Shown here: in pieces, positions 1 through 10,155 of the stretch | How positions within the stretch are numbered: the stretch's first letter is position 1 | Layout of the letters: every line of letters begins with the position of its first letter | Origin: Bacillota bacterium | GTDB lineage: Bacteria; Bacillota; Clostridia; Peptostreptococcales; Anaerovoracaceae | Reading direction: 5' to 3' | DNA length: 64,000 nucleotides | Assembly: GCA_017397005.1 (NCBI GenBank) | Contig: JAFQKJ010000140.1 | Coordinates: forward strand, 7,027-71,026 | Notes under the pieces: model-generated | Database searches by the model: none | What the model saw: only the letters and a program-made list of their open reading frames with translations | Told to the model about the DNA's origin: nothing | Program-made: the position numbers and the translations under genes

Positions 1-1064
1 ATAGCACAGCCCGCTTCAAGGAATATTGAAAGTAAGCCTTCTTCTAAAGCGTTCTTATATATCTCCTGTGTTGCAGGGATAACGATACATCTTACGCCTT
101 CAGCAACCTTTCTGCCTTTAAGAACGATAGCAGCCGCTCTTAAATCTTCAAGTCTGCCGTTTGTGCAGGAACCGATAACTACCTGATGGATAGGAACATC
201 GCCTGCTTCAGATACAGGTCTTGTATTTTCCGGAAGATGCGGGAATGCAACTGTAGGTTCGATCTTTGAAAGATCGATAGTGTACACTTCGTCATATTCT
301 GCATCTTCATCTGCTTTGTAATATTTGAAAGGTCTGTTTACTCTGCCTTCAACGTATTTGAGAGTAACTTCGTCTACTTCGAAGATACCGTTCTTCCCGC
401 CGGCTTCGATAGCCATATTAGCCATACAAAGTCTGTCGTCCATTGATAAATATTTGAGACCTTCGCCCATGAATTCCATGGATTTATATCTTGCGCCTTC
501 CACACCGATCATTCCAATGATAGTGAGGATAACGTCTTTGCCGCTTACGAATGGGTTTGGTTTTCCTACCAGCTCAAACTTGATAGCTGAAGGCACTTTA
601 AACCATGCCTGACCGCTGTACATGCCAGCCGCCATATCAGTTGAACCTACGCCTGTTGAGAATGCGCCTAATGCTCCGTATGTACAAGTGTGGCTGTCCG
701 CACCGATAATGATCTCTCCAGGACCTACGAGACCCTGTTCAGGAAGAAGGGCATGTTCTACACCAACTTTACCTACATCAAAGAAATTAACGATACCGTA
801 TTTTTCTGCAAACTCTTTAGATTTCTTTACAAGAGTAGCTGAATTGATATCCTTTGCAGGTGTAAAATGGTCCATTACGAAAGCGATCTTTTCTTTGCTG
901 AAAATGCTGTCAAATCCTGCTTTCTGAAACTCATTTATAGCAACAGGAGCTGTAACGTCGTTACCGAGAACGAAATCCAGATCAACTCTGATAAGTTCGC
1001 CGGCTTTTACAGATTCACGGCCGCCGTGAGCAGCTATGATCTTCTGAGTCATGGTCATACCCAT
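1..1064 (-). CDS. leuC: 3-isopropylmalate dehydratase large subunit (LeuC), 5' portion; the gene runs off the left edge
   Basis: The minus-strand frame is open from the window edge to an ATG at ~1064. It is absent from the ORF track because it has no stop in the window. My translation starts [35 protein letters not shown]. It contains aconitase-family motifs [17 protein letters not shown] and [13 protein letters not shown]. It sits directly after the leuA stop. Plus-strand ORFs 325-1130 are antisense shadows. Confidence 0.85.
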   Translation of the reverse strand, partial: MGMTMTQKIIAAHGGRESVKAGELIRVDLDFVLGNDVTAPVAINEFQKAGFDSIFSKEKIAFVMDHFTPAKDINSATLVKKSKEFAEKYGIVNFFDVGKVGVEHALLPEQGLVGPGEIIIGADSHTCTYGALGAFSTGVGSTDMAAGMYSGQAWFKVPSAIKFELVGKPNPFVSGKDVILTIIGMIGVEGARYKSMEFMGEGLKYLSMDDRLCMANMAIEAGGKNGIFEVDEVTLKYVEGRVNRPFKYYKADEDAEYDEVYTIDLSKIEPTVAFPHLPENTRPVSEAGDVPIHQVVIGSCTNGRLEDLRAAAIVLKGRKVAEGVRCIVIPATQEIYKNALEEGLLSIFLEAGCA

Positions 1065-1065
1065 A

Positions 1066-2592
1066 CTATTCTGCACCTCTCTTTTCCATTTCGTAAATCA
1101 GCTTGTTCACGCCGTTTACGTATGCTCTGATGCTGGCTTCGATAACATCGAGGCTGACACCAGTACCAATAACTGTAATATCGTCTACTCTTAATCTTAC
1201 TGCAACTTCACCCTGTGCGTCAATACCGCCGGTAACAGCTGATATTTCATATGACTGTAATTCAGGATAGATGCCTGTGATATCATCTATTGATGAGAAT
1301 GCCGCTTCTACCATACCGTCTCCGATAGCTGCGAATTTTCTTGATCCGCCGTCCCATTCAAGAAGGATAGTAGCTGTTGCGCCGATCTCTGATGCACTGT
1401 TAACAGCAAAATATTTGAGCTTGTATTTTTCTTCTATCTGTATAGTATTTCTTCCAACGAGAGCTTCTATATCTCTGTCTGATACGATCTTCTTTCTGTC
1501 AGCAAGTTCTTTAAACTTGTTGAACACTTCATTTGTCTTTTCCTGTGAAAGCTCGATACCAAGATACTTAAGTCTTTCAACAAAAGCATGTCTTCCAGAG
1601 TGTTTTCCAAGCACCATAGCATTTGACGGGATACCGATATCTGCAGGAGTCATGATCTCATATGTAGCTCTGTTAGCAAGAACTCCGTGCTGATGAACTC
1701 CTGATTCATGGGCAAATGCATTTCTTCCTATGATAGGTTTTGTAGGAGCAGGTTTTACGCCTATAACGCTTGTAAGGAGCTTGCTTGTTCTGTAGATCTG
1801 AGTTGCGTCGATGCCTGTTTCTGCGTTGAAGCAGTCTTTTCTGGTTTTAAGCGCCATTACGATCTCTTCGAGGGCTGCGTTTCCTGCACGTTCTCCGATG
1901 CCGTTTACGGTACATTCGATCTGTGTTGCACCGCCTCTTATAGCTGCAAGAGAGTTTGCAACCGCAAGGCCTAAGTCATTATGGTTGTGTGTTGAAATAT
2001 CAACGTTATCTATACCTTTTACAGTCTGTCTGAGATGCACCATGAGATTGTACATTTCATCAGGTGTCGCATATCCTACTGTATCAGGAATATTTACTGT
2101 TGTTGCGCCGTTGGCAATAGCTGTTTCTATTACCTTTGAAAGGAAGAATTTTTCACTTCTTGTAGCATCTTCTGCAGAGAACTCAATATCATCACAGTAA
2201 TGCTTAGCATATTTAACCATTTCCGCAGTTTTTGCGATAACTTCGTCCGGAGTCATCTGAAGCTTATACTGCATATGAAGAGGTGATGTTGCAAGGAACA
2301 CGTGGATCCTTGGTTTGTTAGCTACTCTGACAGCTTCCCACGCCGCATCTATATCACCTTTTACCGCACGTGCAAGGCTGGCTACAGTCACATTATGTAC
2401 GGTTTCAGCAATGGTCCTTACTGATTCAAAGTCTCCCGGAGATGCAATAGCAAAACCGGCTTCAATAATATCTACCTTCAGCTTTTCCAGCTGTTTGGCC
2501 ATTTCTATTTTTTCATTAAGGTTCATGGAACAGCCCGGTGACTGTTCTCCATCTCTCAATGTTGTATCAAAAATTTTGATCTGTGCTGACAT
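1066..2592 (-). CDS. leuA: 2-isopropylmalate synthase
   Basis: 508-aa ORF. The N-terminus [14 protein letters not shown] and the [16 protein letters not shown] motif are typical of LeuA. It lies between ilvD and leuC. Confidence 0.93.
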   Translation of the reverse strand: MSAQIKIFDTTLRDGEQSPGCSMNLNEKIEMAKQLEKLKVDIIEAGFAIASPGDFESVRTIAETVHNVTVASLARAVKGDIDAAWEAVRVANKPRIHVFLATSPLHMQYKLQMTPDEVIAKTAEMVKYAKHYCDDIEFSAEDATRSEKFFLSKVIETAIANGATTVNIPDTVGYATPDEMYNLMVHLRQTVKGIDNVDISTHNHNDLGLAVANSLAAIRGGATQIECTVNGIGERAGNAALEEIVMALKTRKDCFNAETGIDATQIYRTSKLLTSVIGVKPAPTKPIIGRNAFAHESGVHQHGVLANRATYEIMTPADIGIPSNAMVLGKHSGRHAFVERLKYLGIELSQEKTNEVFNKFKELADRKKIVSDRDIEALVGRNTIQIEEKYKLKYFAVNSASEIGATATILLEWDGGSRKFAAIGDGMVEAAFSSIDDITGIYPELQSYEISAVTGGIDAQGEVAVRLRVDDITVIGTGVSLDVIEASIRAYVNGVNKLIYEMEKRGAE

Positions 2593-2601
2593 TTTCTTCT
2601 C

Positions 2602-4266
2602 CTATTCTGCGCTTAAGACGGCTCCTTCTGATGCAGATCTTACCAGTCTTGCATATTTCGCTAAGATTCCTGTCTTAACTGATGGTTCTTTAGGCACGAA
2701 AGTTTTTCTTCTTTCAGCTAAAACTTCTTCGCTTACTTTAAGTTCTATCTTTCCATCCGGAATATTGATGGAAATAAGGTCTCCGTTCTGTACGAGTCCT
2801 ATGATCCCGCCTTCAGCAGCCTCAGGTGATACGTGACCGATAGCCGCTCCTCTTGTTGCTCCGGAGAATCTTCCGTCTGTGATAAGTGCTACACAGTTGT
2901 CCAATCCTCTTCCTGCAAGAGATGCTGTAGGTGAAAGCATTTCTCTCATACCAGGACCGCCTTTTGGTCCTTCATATCTGATAACTACTACGTCGCCAGG
3001 TTCTATACCTCCGCCGAGGATAGCTTCCATTGATTCTTCTTCGCTGTCAAATACCTTTGCAGGGCCTTCATGCACCAGCATTTCAGGAGCAACTGCAGAT
3101 CTCTTTACTACGCAGCCTTCTTCCGCAAGATTTCCTTTAAGCACGGCGATACCGCCTGTCTTGCTGTAAGGAGCTTCTACTGATTTGATGATGTCATAAT
3201 TGAGTACAGGGCAGTTTGCTATAGCTTCTCCAATAGTATTTCCGTTTACTGTCATTGCGTCTTCTTCAAGAAGGCCAAGCTTGCTGAGCTCGTTCATTAC
3301 TGCATAAACACCGCCTGCAGCGTTAAGGTGTTCCATAAAGTGGAATCCTGCAGGAGCCAGTTTGCAGAGGTTAGGTGTAACAGCACTCATTCCGTTTGCT
3401 GATTCTAAGTCTATCTTAACGCCTGCCTCTCTTGCGATAGCAGGTAAATGAAGCATTGAGTTTGTTGAGCATCCTAATGCCATATCAACTGTAAGGGCAT
3501 TTTTAAATGCTTTTTCTGTCATAATATCTCTAGGTCTGATATCATCTCTTACCAGATCCATGATCTTGAATCCCGCCTGTTTAGCAAGTCTTATTCTTGC
3601 AGCAGCTACAGCAGGGATAGTTCCGTTTCCTGGGAGTCCCATTCCCACAGCTTCTGTAAGGCAGTTCATTGAGTTTGCAGTGAACATTCCTGAGCATGAA
3701 CCGCATGTAGGACAGGCATTGTCTTCCATTGTGCAGAGCTGCTGGTCTGTGATGAGTCCTGCGCTCTTTGAGCCTACTGCTTCGAACATCTGGCTAAGGC
3801 TGATCTTCTTTCCATCATAATCCCCTGCCAGCATTGGTCCGCCGGATACAACAACTGTAGGGATATTGATCCTTGCTGCCGCCATAAGCATACCAGGAAC
3901 AGTTTTGTCACAGTTTGGTATAAGCACCAGTCCGTCAAACTGATGAGCTATGGCCATTGTTTCCACGCTGTCAGCAATAAGTTCTCTTGAGACTAAAGAA
4001 TATCTCATACCAATATGGTTCATTGCGATACCGTCGCATACTGCGATGGCAGGAACTTCTATAGGTGTTCCGCCGGCTGCTCTGATGCCTTCTTTTACCG
4101 CTTTTGCTATAGTGTCAAGATGAATATGACCCGGAACCACTTCGTTCTGTGAGTTAACAACTCCAATGATAGGTCTGTCCAGTTCTTCATCTACATAGCC
4201 CATAGCTCTGAACAAGCTTCTGTGAGGGGCTTTTGTATAATCCTTCTTTACATTTTCACTTCTCAT
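2602..4266 (-). CDS. ilvD: dihydroxy-acid dehydratase
   Basis: 554-aa ORF with IlvD-family motifs [19 protein letters not shown] and TDGRFSG. Confidence 0.93.
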   Translation of the reverse strand: MRSENVKKDYTKAPHRSLFRAMGYVDEELDRPIIGVVNSQNEVVPGHIHLDTIAKAVKEGIRAAGGTPIEVPAIAVCDGIAMNHIGMRYSLVSRELIADSVETMAIAHQFDGLVLIPNCDKTVPGMLMAAARINIPTVVVSGGPMLAGDYDGKKISLSQMFEAVGSKSAGLITDQQLCTMEDNACPTCGSCSGMFTANSMNCLTEAVGMGLPGNGTIPAVAAARIRLAKQAGFKIMDLVRDDIRPRDIMTEKAFKNALTVDMALGCSTNSMLHLPAIAREAGVKIDLESANGMSAVTPNLCKLAPAGFHFMEHLNAAGGVYAVMNELSKLGLLEEDAMTVNGNTIGEAIANCPVLNYDIIKSVEAPYSKTGGIAVLKGNLAEEGCVVKRSAVAPEMLVHEGPAKVFDSEEESMEAILGGGIEPGDVVVIRYEGPKGGPGMREMLSPTASLAGRGLDNCVALITDGRFSGATRGAAIGHVSPEAAEGGIIGLVQNGDLISINIPDGKIELKVSEEVLAERRKTFVPKEPSVKTGILAKYARLVRSASEGAVLSAE

Positions 4267-4301
4267 TTTTTCTCTCCTGATCTTAGTATGTATTTACAGT
4301 T

Positions 4302-4811
4302 CTAAAATAACTCTTTTAATACAGGCGCTTCCATTCTGGACATGCCTATGATGCCGGATCTTGCAACCTGAATTATTCCGTAAGGTTTTATCGATTCAAT
4401 GAAAGCTTTTGTCTTTGAAGACTCACCTGTAAGCTCAACGATCATAGTTTCCGGGGAAACGTCTATAACACTTGCTCTGAAAATACCTGCTACAGCGATG
4501 ATAGAATTTCTTTCATCCGGAGCAGCCTTTACTTTTACCATAACATGTTCTCTTGTTACGGATTCAGGTGATTTAAGCTCTCTGATCTCATAAACGTCAA
4601 CCTGCTTATCCAGCTGTTTTTTAATTTGTTCAGCAGTATGAGCATCAGCCTTGAATACGATGATTATCAACGATATTTCAGGTTTTTCTGTTTCTGCAGC
4701 GGAAATGGAATCTATATTGAAGCCTCTTCTTGTGAGCAATCCCGAGATCCTGCTCAATACACCCGCTTTATTCTGTACGATCAGGGACAATACATATCTT
4801 CTTTCTTCCAT
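4302..4811 (-). CDS. ilvN: acetolactate synthase small (regulatory) subunit
   Basis: 169-aa ORF with an ACT-like N-terminus (LSLIVQNKAGVLSRISGLLTRRGFNIDSI). It lies directly downstream of the large subunit. Confidence 0.88.
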   Translation of the reverse strand: MEERRYVLSLIVQNKAGVLSRISGLLTRRGFNIDSISAAETEKPEISLIIIVFKADAHTAEQIKKQLDKQVDVYEIRELKSPESVTREHVMVKVKAAPDERNSIIAVAGIFRASVIDVSPETMIVELTGESSKTKAFIESIKPYGIIQVARSGIIGMSRMEAPVLKELF

Positions 4812-4825
4812 CTTATTTATCCCTC

Positions 4826-6499
4826 CTATACTTCGATCTTAAATATCTGTTCATTATACTTGTTTCCCGGAGGAACCATTGGAAGTGCACTGAAATCCTT
4901 GTCGATCATAGCATTGATGATCACAGGGCCCTTGATGTCCATTGAAGCATCTACAGCTGCTGTAAGTTCTTCCATTGTTGTAACGTCAAAACCTGTAGCT
5001 CCGAAAGCTTCTGCAAGTTTAACGTAGTTGATCTTTCTGTTATGTGTGGTCTGGCTGTAATGCTGTTTATACATAAGCTTCTGCCACTGTCTTACCATAC
5101 CGAGAACTCCGTTGTTCACCAGCACGATAAGTATATCAAGCCCCTGGGTAGCGGCTGTTACTATTTCATTGCAGTTCATCTGGAAGCTGCCGTCTCCTGT
5201 GAAAAGAACTACCTTCTTATCAGGATTTCCGCATTTGCTTCCGATGGCAGCGCCAAGGCCGAACCCCATTGTTCCCAGTCCTCCGGAAGAAACGAAAGAT
5301 CTAGGATTCATTATTGGGTAATGCTGTGCTGCCCAGATTTGGTGCTGCCCAACGTCTGTTACAACTATAGCATCTTTAGGCAGCCTGTCAGCAACTGCTT
5401 TGACCAAGTTATGAGGAGCTATCTTTCCTCTTTCTTCAACTACTACAGGATATTCCTTTTTCCATTTAGCGATCTGATTTCTCCACGCCATATCAGTTTT
5501 TTCTTCAACCTTTTCCGCAAGGATAGAAAGCACTGTATCAAGGTCGCCTACTACACTTGTCGTGGAATCAACAACTTTATTGATTTCCGCTGCATCAACG
5601 TCTAAATGCAGGATCTTCGCATGTGTTGCAAAGGTCTTTGCATTTCCTGTTACCCTTTCTGACATTCTCGCACCTGCAAGGATAAGGAGGTCGCAGTTTG
5701 TTACAGCTGTTGATGAAAGCCTTGTTCCGTGCATTCCCAGCATGCCTGTGAAATATTCATAATCCGCAGGGCATCCGCCAAGCCCCATCATTGAAAGGGA
5801 TATAGGTGCGCCGATCTTCTTGGCAAATTTCATGAGACTTTCTGATGAGTCTGAAAGATTAACTCCGCCGCCGGCAAAGATCATAGGTCTTTTCGCTTCG
5901 TTTATAATATCTATAGCTCTTTCGATGGATTCTCCTGTGAGCTTGTCATTCTTTGGAAGTATTGTCTTTGGTTCTGCAGGCTCATATTCTGTTGTCCCGG
6001 ACTGAGCATTTTTAAGTATATCAACTAATACAGGTCCCGGTCTCCCTTCCTGTGCTATGTAGAATGCCTTTCTTAAAGCATCCGCAATATCCTTCTGATC
6101 TTTAACGATAAAGCTGTATTTTGTTACAGGGAAGGTTACGCCGTAAATATCTACTTCCTGGAAAGCATCTGTGCCAAGGTTGTTTATGTTTACATTTCCT
6201 GTAATAGCTACCATAGGGATAGAGTCCATATTTGCTGTCGCAAGCCCAGTTACCAGATTTGTTGCGCCCGGTCCAGAAGTTGCGATAACGACACCCGGTT
6301 TTCCTGTGGATCTTGCATATCCATCTGCTGCATGAGATGCTCCCTGTTCATGGGCAGTCAGCACATGATGGATCTTATCAGAGTATTCATATAATGCATC
6401 ATAAAGGTCTATTACAGTTCCGCCCGGATATCCGAACACTGTATCAACACCTTGCTCCAGCAAACACTCCATAACGATTTGTGCGCCTGTTTTAATCAT
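4826..6499 (-). CDS. ilvB: acetolactate synthase large subunit (biosynthetic, ThDP-dependent)
   Basis: 557-aa ORF with ThDP-enzyme motifs (ATSGPGATNLVTG, GDGSFQMN). It is followed by ilvN. Confidence 0.92.
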   Translation of the reverse strand: MIKTGAQIVMECLLEQGVDTVFGYPGGTVIDLYDALYEYSDKIHHVLTAHEQGASHAADGYARSTGKPGVVIATSGPGATNLVTGLATANMDSIPMVAITGNVNINNLGTDAFQEVDIYGVTFPVTKYSFIVKDQKDIADALRKAFYIAQEGRPGPVLVDILKNAQSGTTEYEPAEPKTILPKNDKLTGESIERAIDIINEAKRPMIFAGGGVNLSDSSESLMKFAKKIGAPISLSMMGLGGCPADYEYFTGMLGMHGTRLSSTAVTNCDLLILAGARMSERVTGNAKTFATHAKILHLDVDAAEINKVVDSTTSVVGDLDTVLSILAEKVEEKTDMAWRNQIAKWKKEYPVVVEERGKIAPHNLVKAVADRLPKDAIVVTDVGQHQIWAAQHYPIMNPRSFVSSGGLGTMGFGLGAAIGSKCGNPDKKVVLFTGDGSFQMNCNEIVTAATQGLDILIVLVNNGVLGMVRQWQKLMYKQHYSQTTHNRKINYVKLAEAFGATGFDVTTMEELTAAVDASMDIKGPVIINAMIDKDFSALPMVPPGNKYNEQIFKIEV

Positions 6500-6555
6500 T
6501 TGTTGAATTCCTTTCTCTTATTTTACTCTTATTTCATTTCATTTTTTATTTCAGC

Positions 6556-6845
6556 TATGATGTACTCTTACGAAAAAAATCCCCGTCTCTAACTACAAAG
6601 AGACGGGGTAATCCGCGGTACCACTCTTCTTGATGTAAATAATTTACACCCGCTTTATCGATATCCTGTGAATATCTATCTCTGTAACGGGAGAACCCGT
6701 TGAAGCCTACTAAATAACTCTTTCGGTCCAATGGCTCGAAGAGGAGCTGTTTGAATGTCCACACTGTTTTTCACCAACCAACAGCTCTCTGAAGAGGTCT
6801 TGTTCAAACTGATTCTTGTCATCGCCTTAACTTATTAAATTACTT
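6556..6845 (-). promoter_or_regulatory. T-box leader (tRNA-sensing transcription attenuator) of the ilv-leu operon
   Basis: The minus-strand RNA contains a GA/K-turn-like GCGAUGA, an AGAGA box, a GGUGAAA distal-loop motif and an F-box CCGUUA. The T-box core AGAGUGGUACCGCGG lies at ~6611-6627. It is followed by a terminator, CCCCGUCUCU-(8 nt)-AGAGACGGGG (6581-6608), plus a U7 tract. ORF 6555-6764 overlaps this RNA and is rejected as coding. Confidence 0.88.
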
Positions 6846-6850
6846 ATGTG

Positions 6851-6879
6851 ATAATACCGTAAAAACTTATGAGTGTCAA
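6851..6879 (-). promoter_or_regulatory. sigma-A-type promoter candidate for the T-box / ilv-leu transcript
   Basis: On the minus strand: TTGACA (6879-6874), a 17-nt spacer, then TATTAT (6856-6851). Confidence 0.55.
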
Positions 6880-6939
6880 TACTTTATTGAAAAAATCAAC
6901 GCTTTTATAAATGATTTGTACCCATTTTAACTGTTTTTA

Positions 6940-8217
6940 TTATTTTTTCTCGATCTTATCTGTGCCCATATATTTTCTGAGCGCTTCCGGGATCACTACG
7001 CTGCCGTCCGCCTGCTGATAATTTTCTAAAATAGCAGCTACAGTTCTTCCTATTGCCAGGCCGGATCCGTTTAATGTATGCACTAATTCTGCCTTTGCTT
7101 TTGGCTCAGGTCTGTATCTGAGACCTGCCCTTCTGGACTGATAATCTTCAAAATTGCTGCAGGATGAAATTTCAACATATCTGCCGTAGCTTGGCATCCA
7201 TACTTCTATATCGTATGTCATCGCTGAGCTGAATCCAAGGTCTCCTGTGCAGAGTTTAACCACTCTGTATGGGATTTCTAAAATTTGGAGCACTCTTTCT
7301 GCGCTTTCAAGAAGTGTTTCCAGCTCTGCGTATGAAGTTTCAGGTTTTACCAGCTTAACGAGTTCTACTTTATTGAACTGATGCTGTCTTATAAGACCTC
7401 TTGTGTCTCTTCCTGCTGAACCTGCTTCTTTTCTAAAGCAAGGTGTATATGCTGTGTAGTAAATTGGAAGTTCTGCTCCGTCTATGATCTCATTCATTCT
7501 TAAGTTTGTAAGAGGCACTTCTGCTGTAGGGATAAGGAAGAAATCCTTTGCAGGTACATGGAACATGTCATCTTCGAACTTAGGAAGCTGACCTGTGCCT
7601 GTCATTGCTGCTCTGTTTACCATGAACGGAGGCAGTATTTCGGTATAACCGTGTTCTTCTGTATGAAGATCAAGCATAAAGTTCATAACAGATCTTTCCA
7701 GTCTTGAACCCAATCCTTTATATACAGTAAATCTTGCTCCTGAGATCTTTGCTGCTCTTTCAAAATCAAAGATATCCAGATCTGCTCCTACATCCCAGTG
7801 CGCTTTAAATTCAAAGTCAAACTCTCTAGGAGTTCCCCATCTCTTAACTTCCACATTGTCTTCATCGCTTCCGCCAACAGGAACAGATGGATTTGGTGTG
7901 TTAGGGATGCCAAGTAGAGTGTCCTGAAGTTCTGCTTCAACAGCCTTTACTTTTTCGTCTCCTTCTTTGATTTTTTCTGACAGAACTTTCATTTCTGCCA
8001 TAAGCTCTGTTGTATCTTTACCTTCTTTTTTAAGCTTTGGTATTTCTTTTGATGAAGCATTCTGTTTATTTTTAAGCTGCTCTACTTCAGCAAGTAAAGC
8101 TCTTCTCTGTTCGTCAAGCTCAACAGCTTTAGGAAGATTGAAATCTCCATGACCTCTTGATTCCACAGCTTTTTTAACATCTTCAAATTCACTTCTGATT
8201 CTTTTAATATCCAGCAT
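6940..8217 (-). CDS. serS: seryl-tRNA synthetase
   Basis: 425-aa ORF with an N-terminal coiled-coil arm ([22 protein letters not shown]) and a class II core ([30 protein letters not shown]). Confidence 0.93.
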   Translation of the reverse strand: MLDIKRIRSEFEDVKKAVESRGHGDFNLPKAVELDEQRRALLAEVEQLKNKQNASSKEIPKLKKEGKDTTELMAEMKVLSEKIKEGDEKVKAVEAELQDTLLGIPNTPNPSVPVGGSDEDNVEVKRWGTPREFDFEFKAHWDVGADLDIFDFERAAKISGARFTVYKGLGSRLERSVMNFMLDLHTEEHGYTEILPPFMVNRAAMTGTGQLPKFEDDMFHVPAKDFFLIPTAEVPLTNLRMNEIIDGAELPIYYTAYTPCFRKEAGSAGRDTRGLIRQHQFNKVELVKLVKPETSYAELETLLESAERVLQILEIPYRVVKLCTGDLGFSSAMTYDIEVWMPSYGRYVEISSCSNFEDYQSRRAGLRYRPEPKAKAELVHTLNGSGLAIGRTVAAILENYQQADGSVVIPEALRKYMGTDKIEKK

Positions 8218-8231
8218 GTCTGCACCACCCT

Positions 8232-10133
8232 TTAAAATATATTCTTCTTATATTCACTGTATTTTTCGATCAGCTCCTCAATTTTATTATGCATTTCTAC
8301 CTGCAGCAGGGAAGCCAATGGATAATCTTTATCAGTTAACGCTTTTCTTATCCTTGTAGACAAGGATTTCTTTTCTATACTGTCCTTCATAAGGTAAGCT
8401 TTCAAGTCTCTTACCTCTTTCCAGTTTACAGCATCGAGATCTGTTTCTTCTTCACCCTGGATCTTGACACACTCTTTTACTATGTCCTGATACTCATGAA
8501 TGATCCTTACAGACAGTTCCGTCTGCCACATATCTATCATCGCTTCTTTGTATGATGCGATAGTCAGATCATTGAATACATCTCCTCTGTAGAGGACCTG
8601 CAGTTTTTCCGGATTCGCATCAAGGGCGGAAATGTTTTCCCACACTGTTTCAGGCGCTCTTCCGAAAAGCTTGTTTCTTTCTGCAGGAGTATATTCATCA
8701 AATACGTTCTTTTCACTTCTGTAGACTCTGTCTCTTTCAAGATAGAATCCTTCTTCTCCGTATTCTTTTGAGATCTCTTTTTCCAGTTCTTCAGGTGTTT
8801 TTCCTGCTTCAAGCACCGCTCTGATACCATCCAGCATAGCCATATATGCTGTAGCTATTACCAGATATGTATTGCTCTTAGGATTTGGGGATCTCAATTC
8901 AAATCTTGTGGAATAAGGATTGCCCAGTTCTCTTACCAGACCGGCAAGAACGGTCCTGTTTCTTGAAGGTGTGCTTGGGTCGTGCCCCAACGAAGTAACT
9001 ATACAAACAGGAGCTTCAAATCCCGGTTTAAGTCTGTTTAGCGCATCGTTTGTAGAAGAAATAAACGGATTTACTATTTCATAGTTCTTGAGAAGTCCCA
9101 TAAGTCCTCCATATCCTATTGGAGTCATAAACTGGTTCTTGTCAAGTGATGTGAAAAGGTTTATCTTTCTTCCGTCTTTTAAATTAGCGGCAACACCTAA
9201 ATGGGTATGCTCGCCGTTACCTGCCGCCAATTCTATAGGTTTTGCCTGGAAGGTAACATCAAGACCGTTATATCTGAATATATCTTTTACTATATTCTTT
9301 ACCTGAGCCTCATTATCTGCAGCCTGAAGAGCTTCTGCATACTTCCAGTCGATCTCCAGCTGTTCCATTACATGGTCAAAAGAACCGGTGCCTACGAGTT
9401 TTGCTTTGACACCGCCGACCTCTTTGTGCCCCATTTCTACTTCAAAACCATAACAGTCAAGAACTTTCAGGGCCTTTTCCAAAGCTGTCCTTACAGGGCC
9501 CACAGTTCTCTTCCAGTACTGCTCTTTTAAAGTCTGGGATGTGGCCAGCTGCTCTCTGTCTGCAATATCATCCGGAGTCTTTACCCAGAACTCAAGCTCG
9601 GTTGCAGATGTAAGAACTATATCTTCTATGTCATCAGCACTATATATACCAATGTATTTACAGATATAGTCATTATCTGAAATAAGCTGTACCAATTCTT
9701 TTTTAAATTCTTTTATTGCTTTTTTGAGTATGACTCTGGAGCCCACTTCTAAAGTTTCATTATGCACCAGCAAGGACGGGATCCTTAATGTGCCTACAGG
9801 CAGCCCTGTTTCCTCGCTGATATTTCCATAATTATAGTCAACATACCAGTTAACATCTTTATCCGGTATGATATCCACTTTTGCATTGTTGAGTTCAGCT
9901 ATCTTAGGAAGCATTACACTGGATCCGTCTGTCTGAACTCCGTTTTTCATCATCTGGTCATAATCTTCAATAAACAGCTTGACGGGAATCTTCTCGTCTG
10001 TGCTGTATCCCCAGACATCTACACCCACAAGGGAAACAAACTCCACTTCCGGATGCTTTTCAAGAATACTTCTTACCGAGTCCTTACCATTGTCTTCAGG
10101 GGAAATTTTGTACAACATTTTTTTACTGTCCAT
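8232..10133 (-). CDS. glutamine synthetase family protein (type III-like, atypical length)
   Basis: 633-aa ORF. GS-like motifs seen by eye: MGHKEVGG...QLEIDWKY (compare HHEVA-GQ-E), GNGEHTHLG (compare GSGMHxH) and NRTVLAG...[15 protein letters not shown] (compare NRSA..R.E.R.PD...NPYL). Confidence 0.6.
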   Translation of the reverse strand: MDSKKMLYKISPEDNGKDSVRSILEKHPEVEFVSLVGVDVWGYSTDEKIPVKLFIEDYDQMMKNGVQTDGSSVMLPKIAELNNAKVDIIPDKDVNWYVDYNYGNISEETGLPVGTLRIPSLLVHNETLEVGSRVILKKAIKEFKKELVQLISDNDYICKYIGIYSADDIEDIVLTSATELEFWVKTPDDIADREQLATSQTLKEQYWKRTVGPVRTALEKALKVLDCYGFEVEMGHKEVGGVKAKLVGTGSFDHVMEQLEIDWKYAEALQAADNEAQVKNIVKDIFRYNGLDVTFQAKPIELAAGNGEHTHLGVAANLKDGRKINLFTSLDKNQFMTPIGYGGLMGLLKNYEIVNPFISSTNDALNRLKPGFEAPVCIVTSLGHDPSTPSRNRTVLAGLVRELGNPYSTRFELRSPNPKSNTYLVIATAYMAMLDGIRAVLEAGKTPEELEKEISKEYGEEGFYLERDRVYRSEKNVFDEYTPAERNKLFGRAPETVWENISALDANPEKLQVLYRGDVFNDLTIASYKEAMIDMWQTELSVRIIHEYQDIVKECVKIQGEEETDLDAVNWKEVRDLKAYLMKDSIEKKSLSTRIRKALTDKDYPLASLLQVEMHNKIEELIEKYSEYKKNIF

Positions 10134-10155
10134 TTTTCTCTCCTGTATTATATAT

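Noticed and set aside
325-1130. Plus-strand ORFs 325-612, 622-927 and 867-1130. The same pattern recurs across the window, for example at 1271-2200, 2315-2836, 14564-15608, 37960-38574, 53276-53794 and 57831-58283.
   Set aside because: They lie antisense to long, well-conserved minus-strand genes (leuC, leuA, ilvD, addB and others). Their composition is low-complexity and Ser/Leu/Ile/Phe-rich, typical of shadow frames. I recognise no motifs in them.
6555-6764. 69-aa minus-strand ORF upstream of ilvB.
   Set aside because: It lies entirely within the T-box leader RNA, including the T-box core and terminator. The RNA-element explanation is much stronger.
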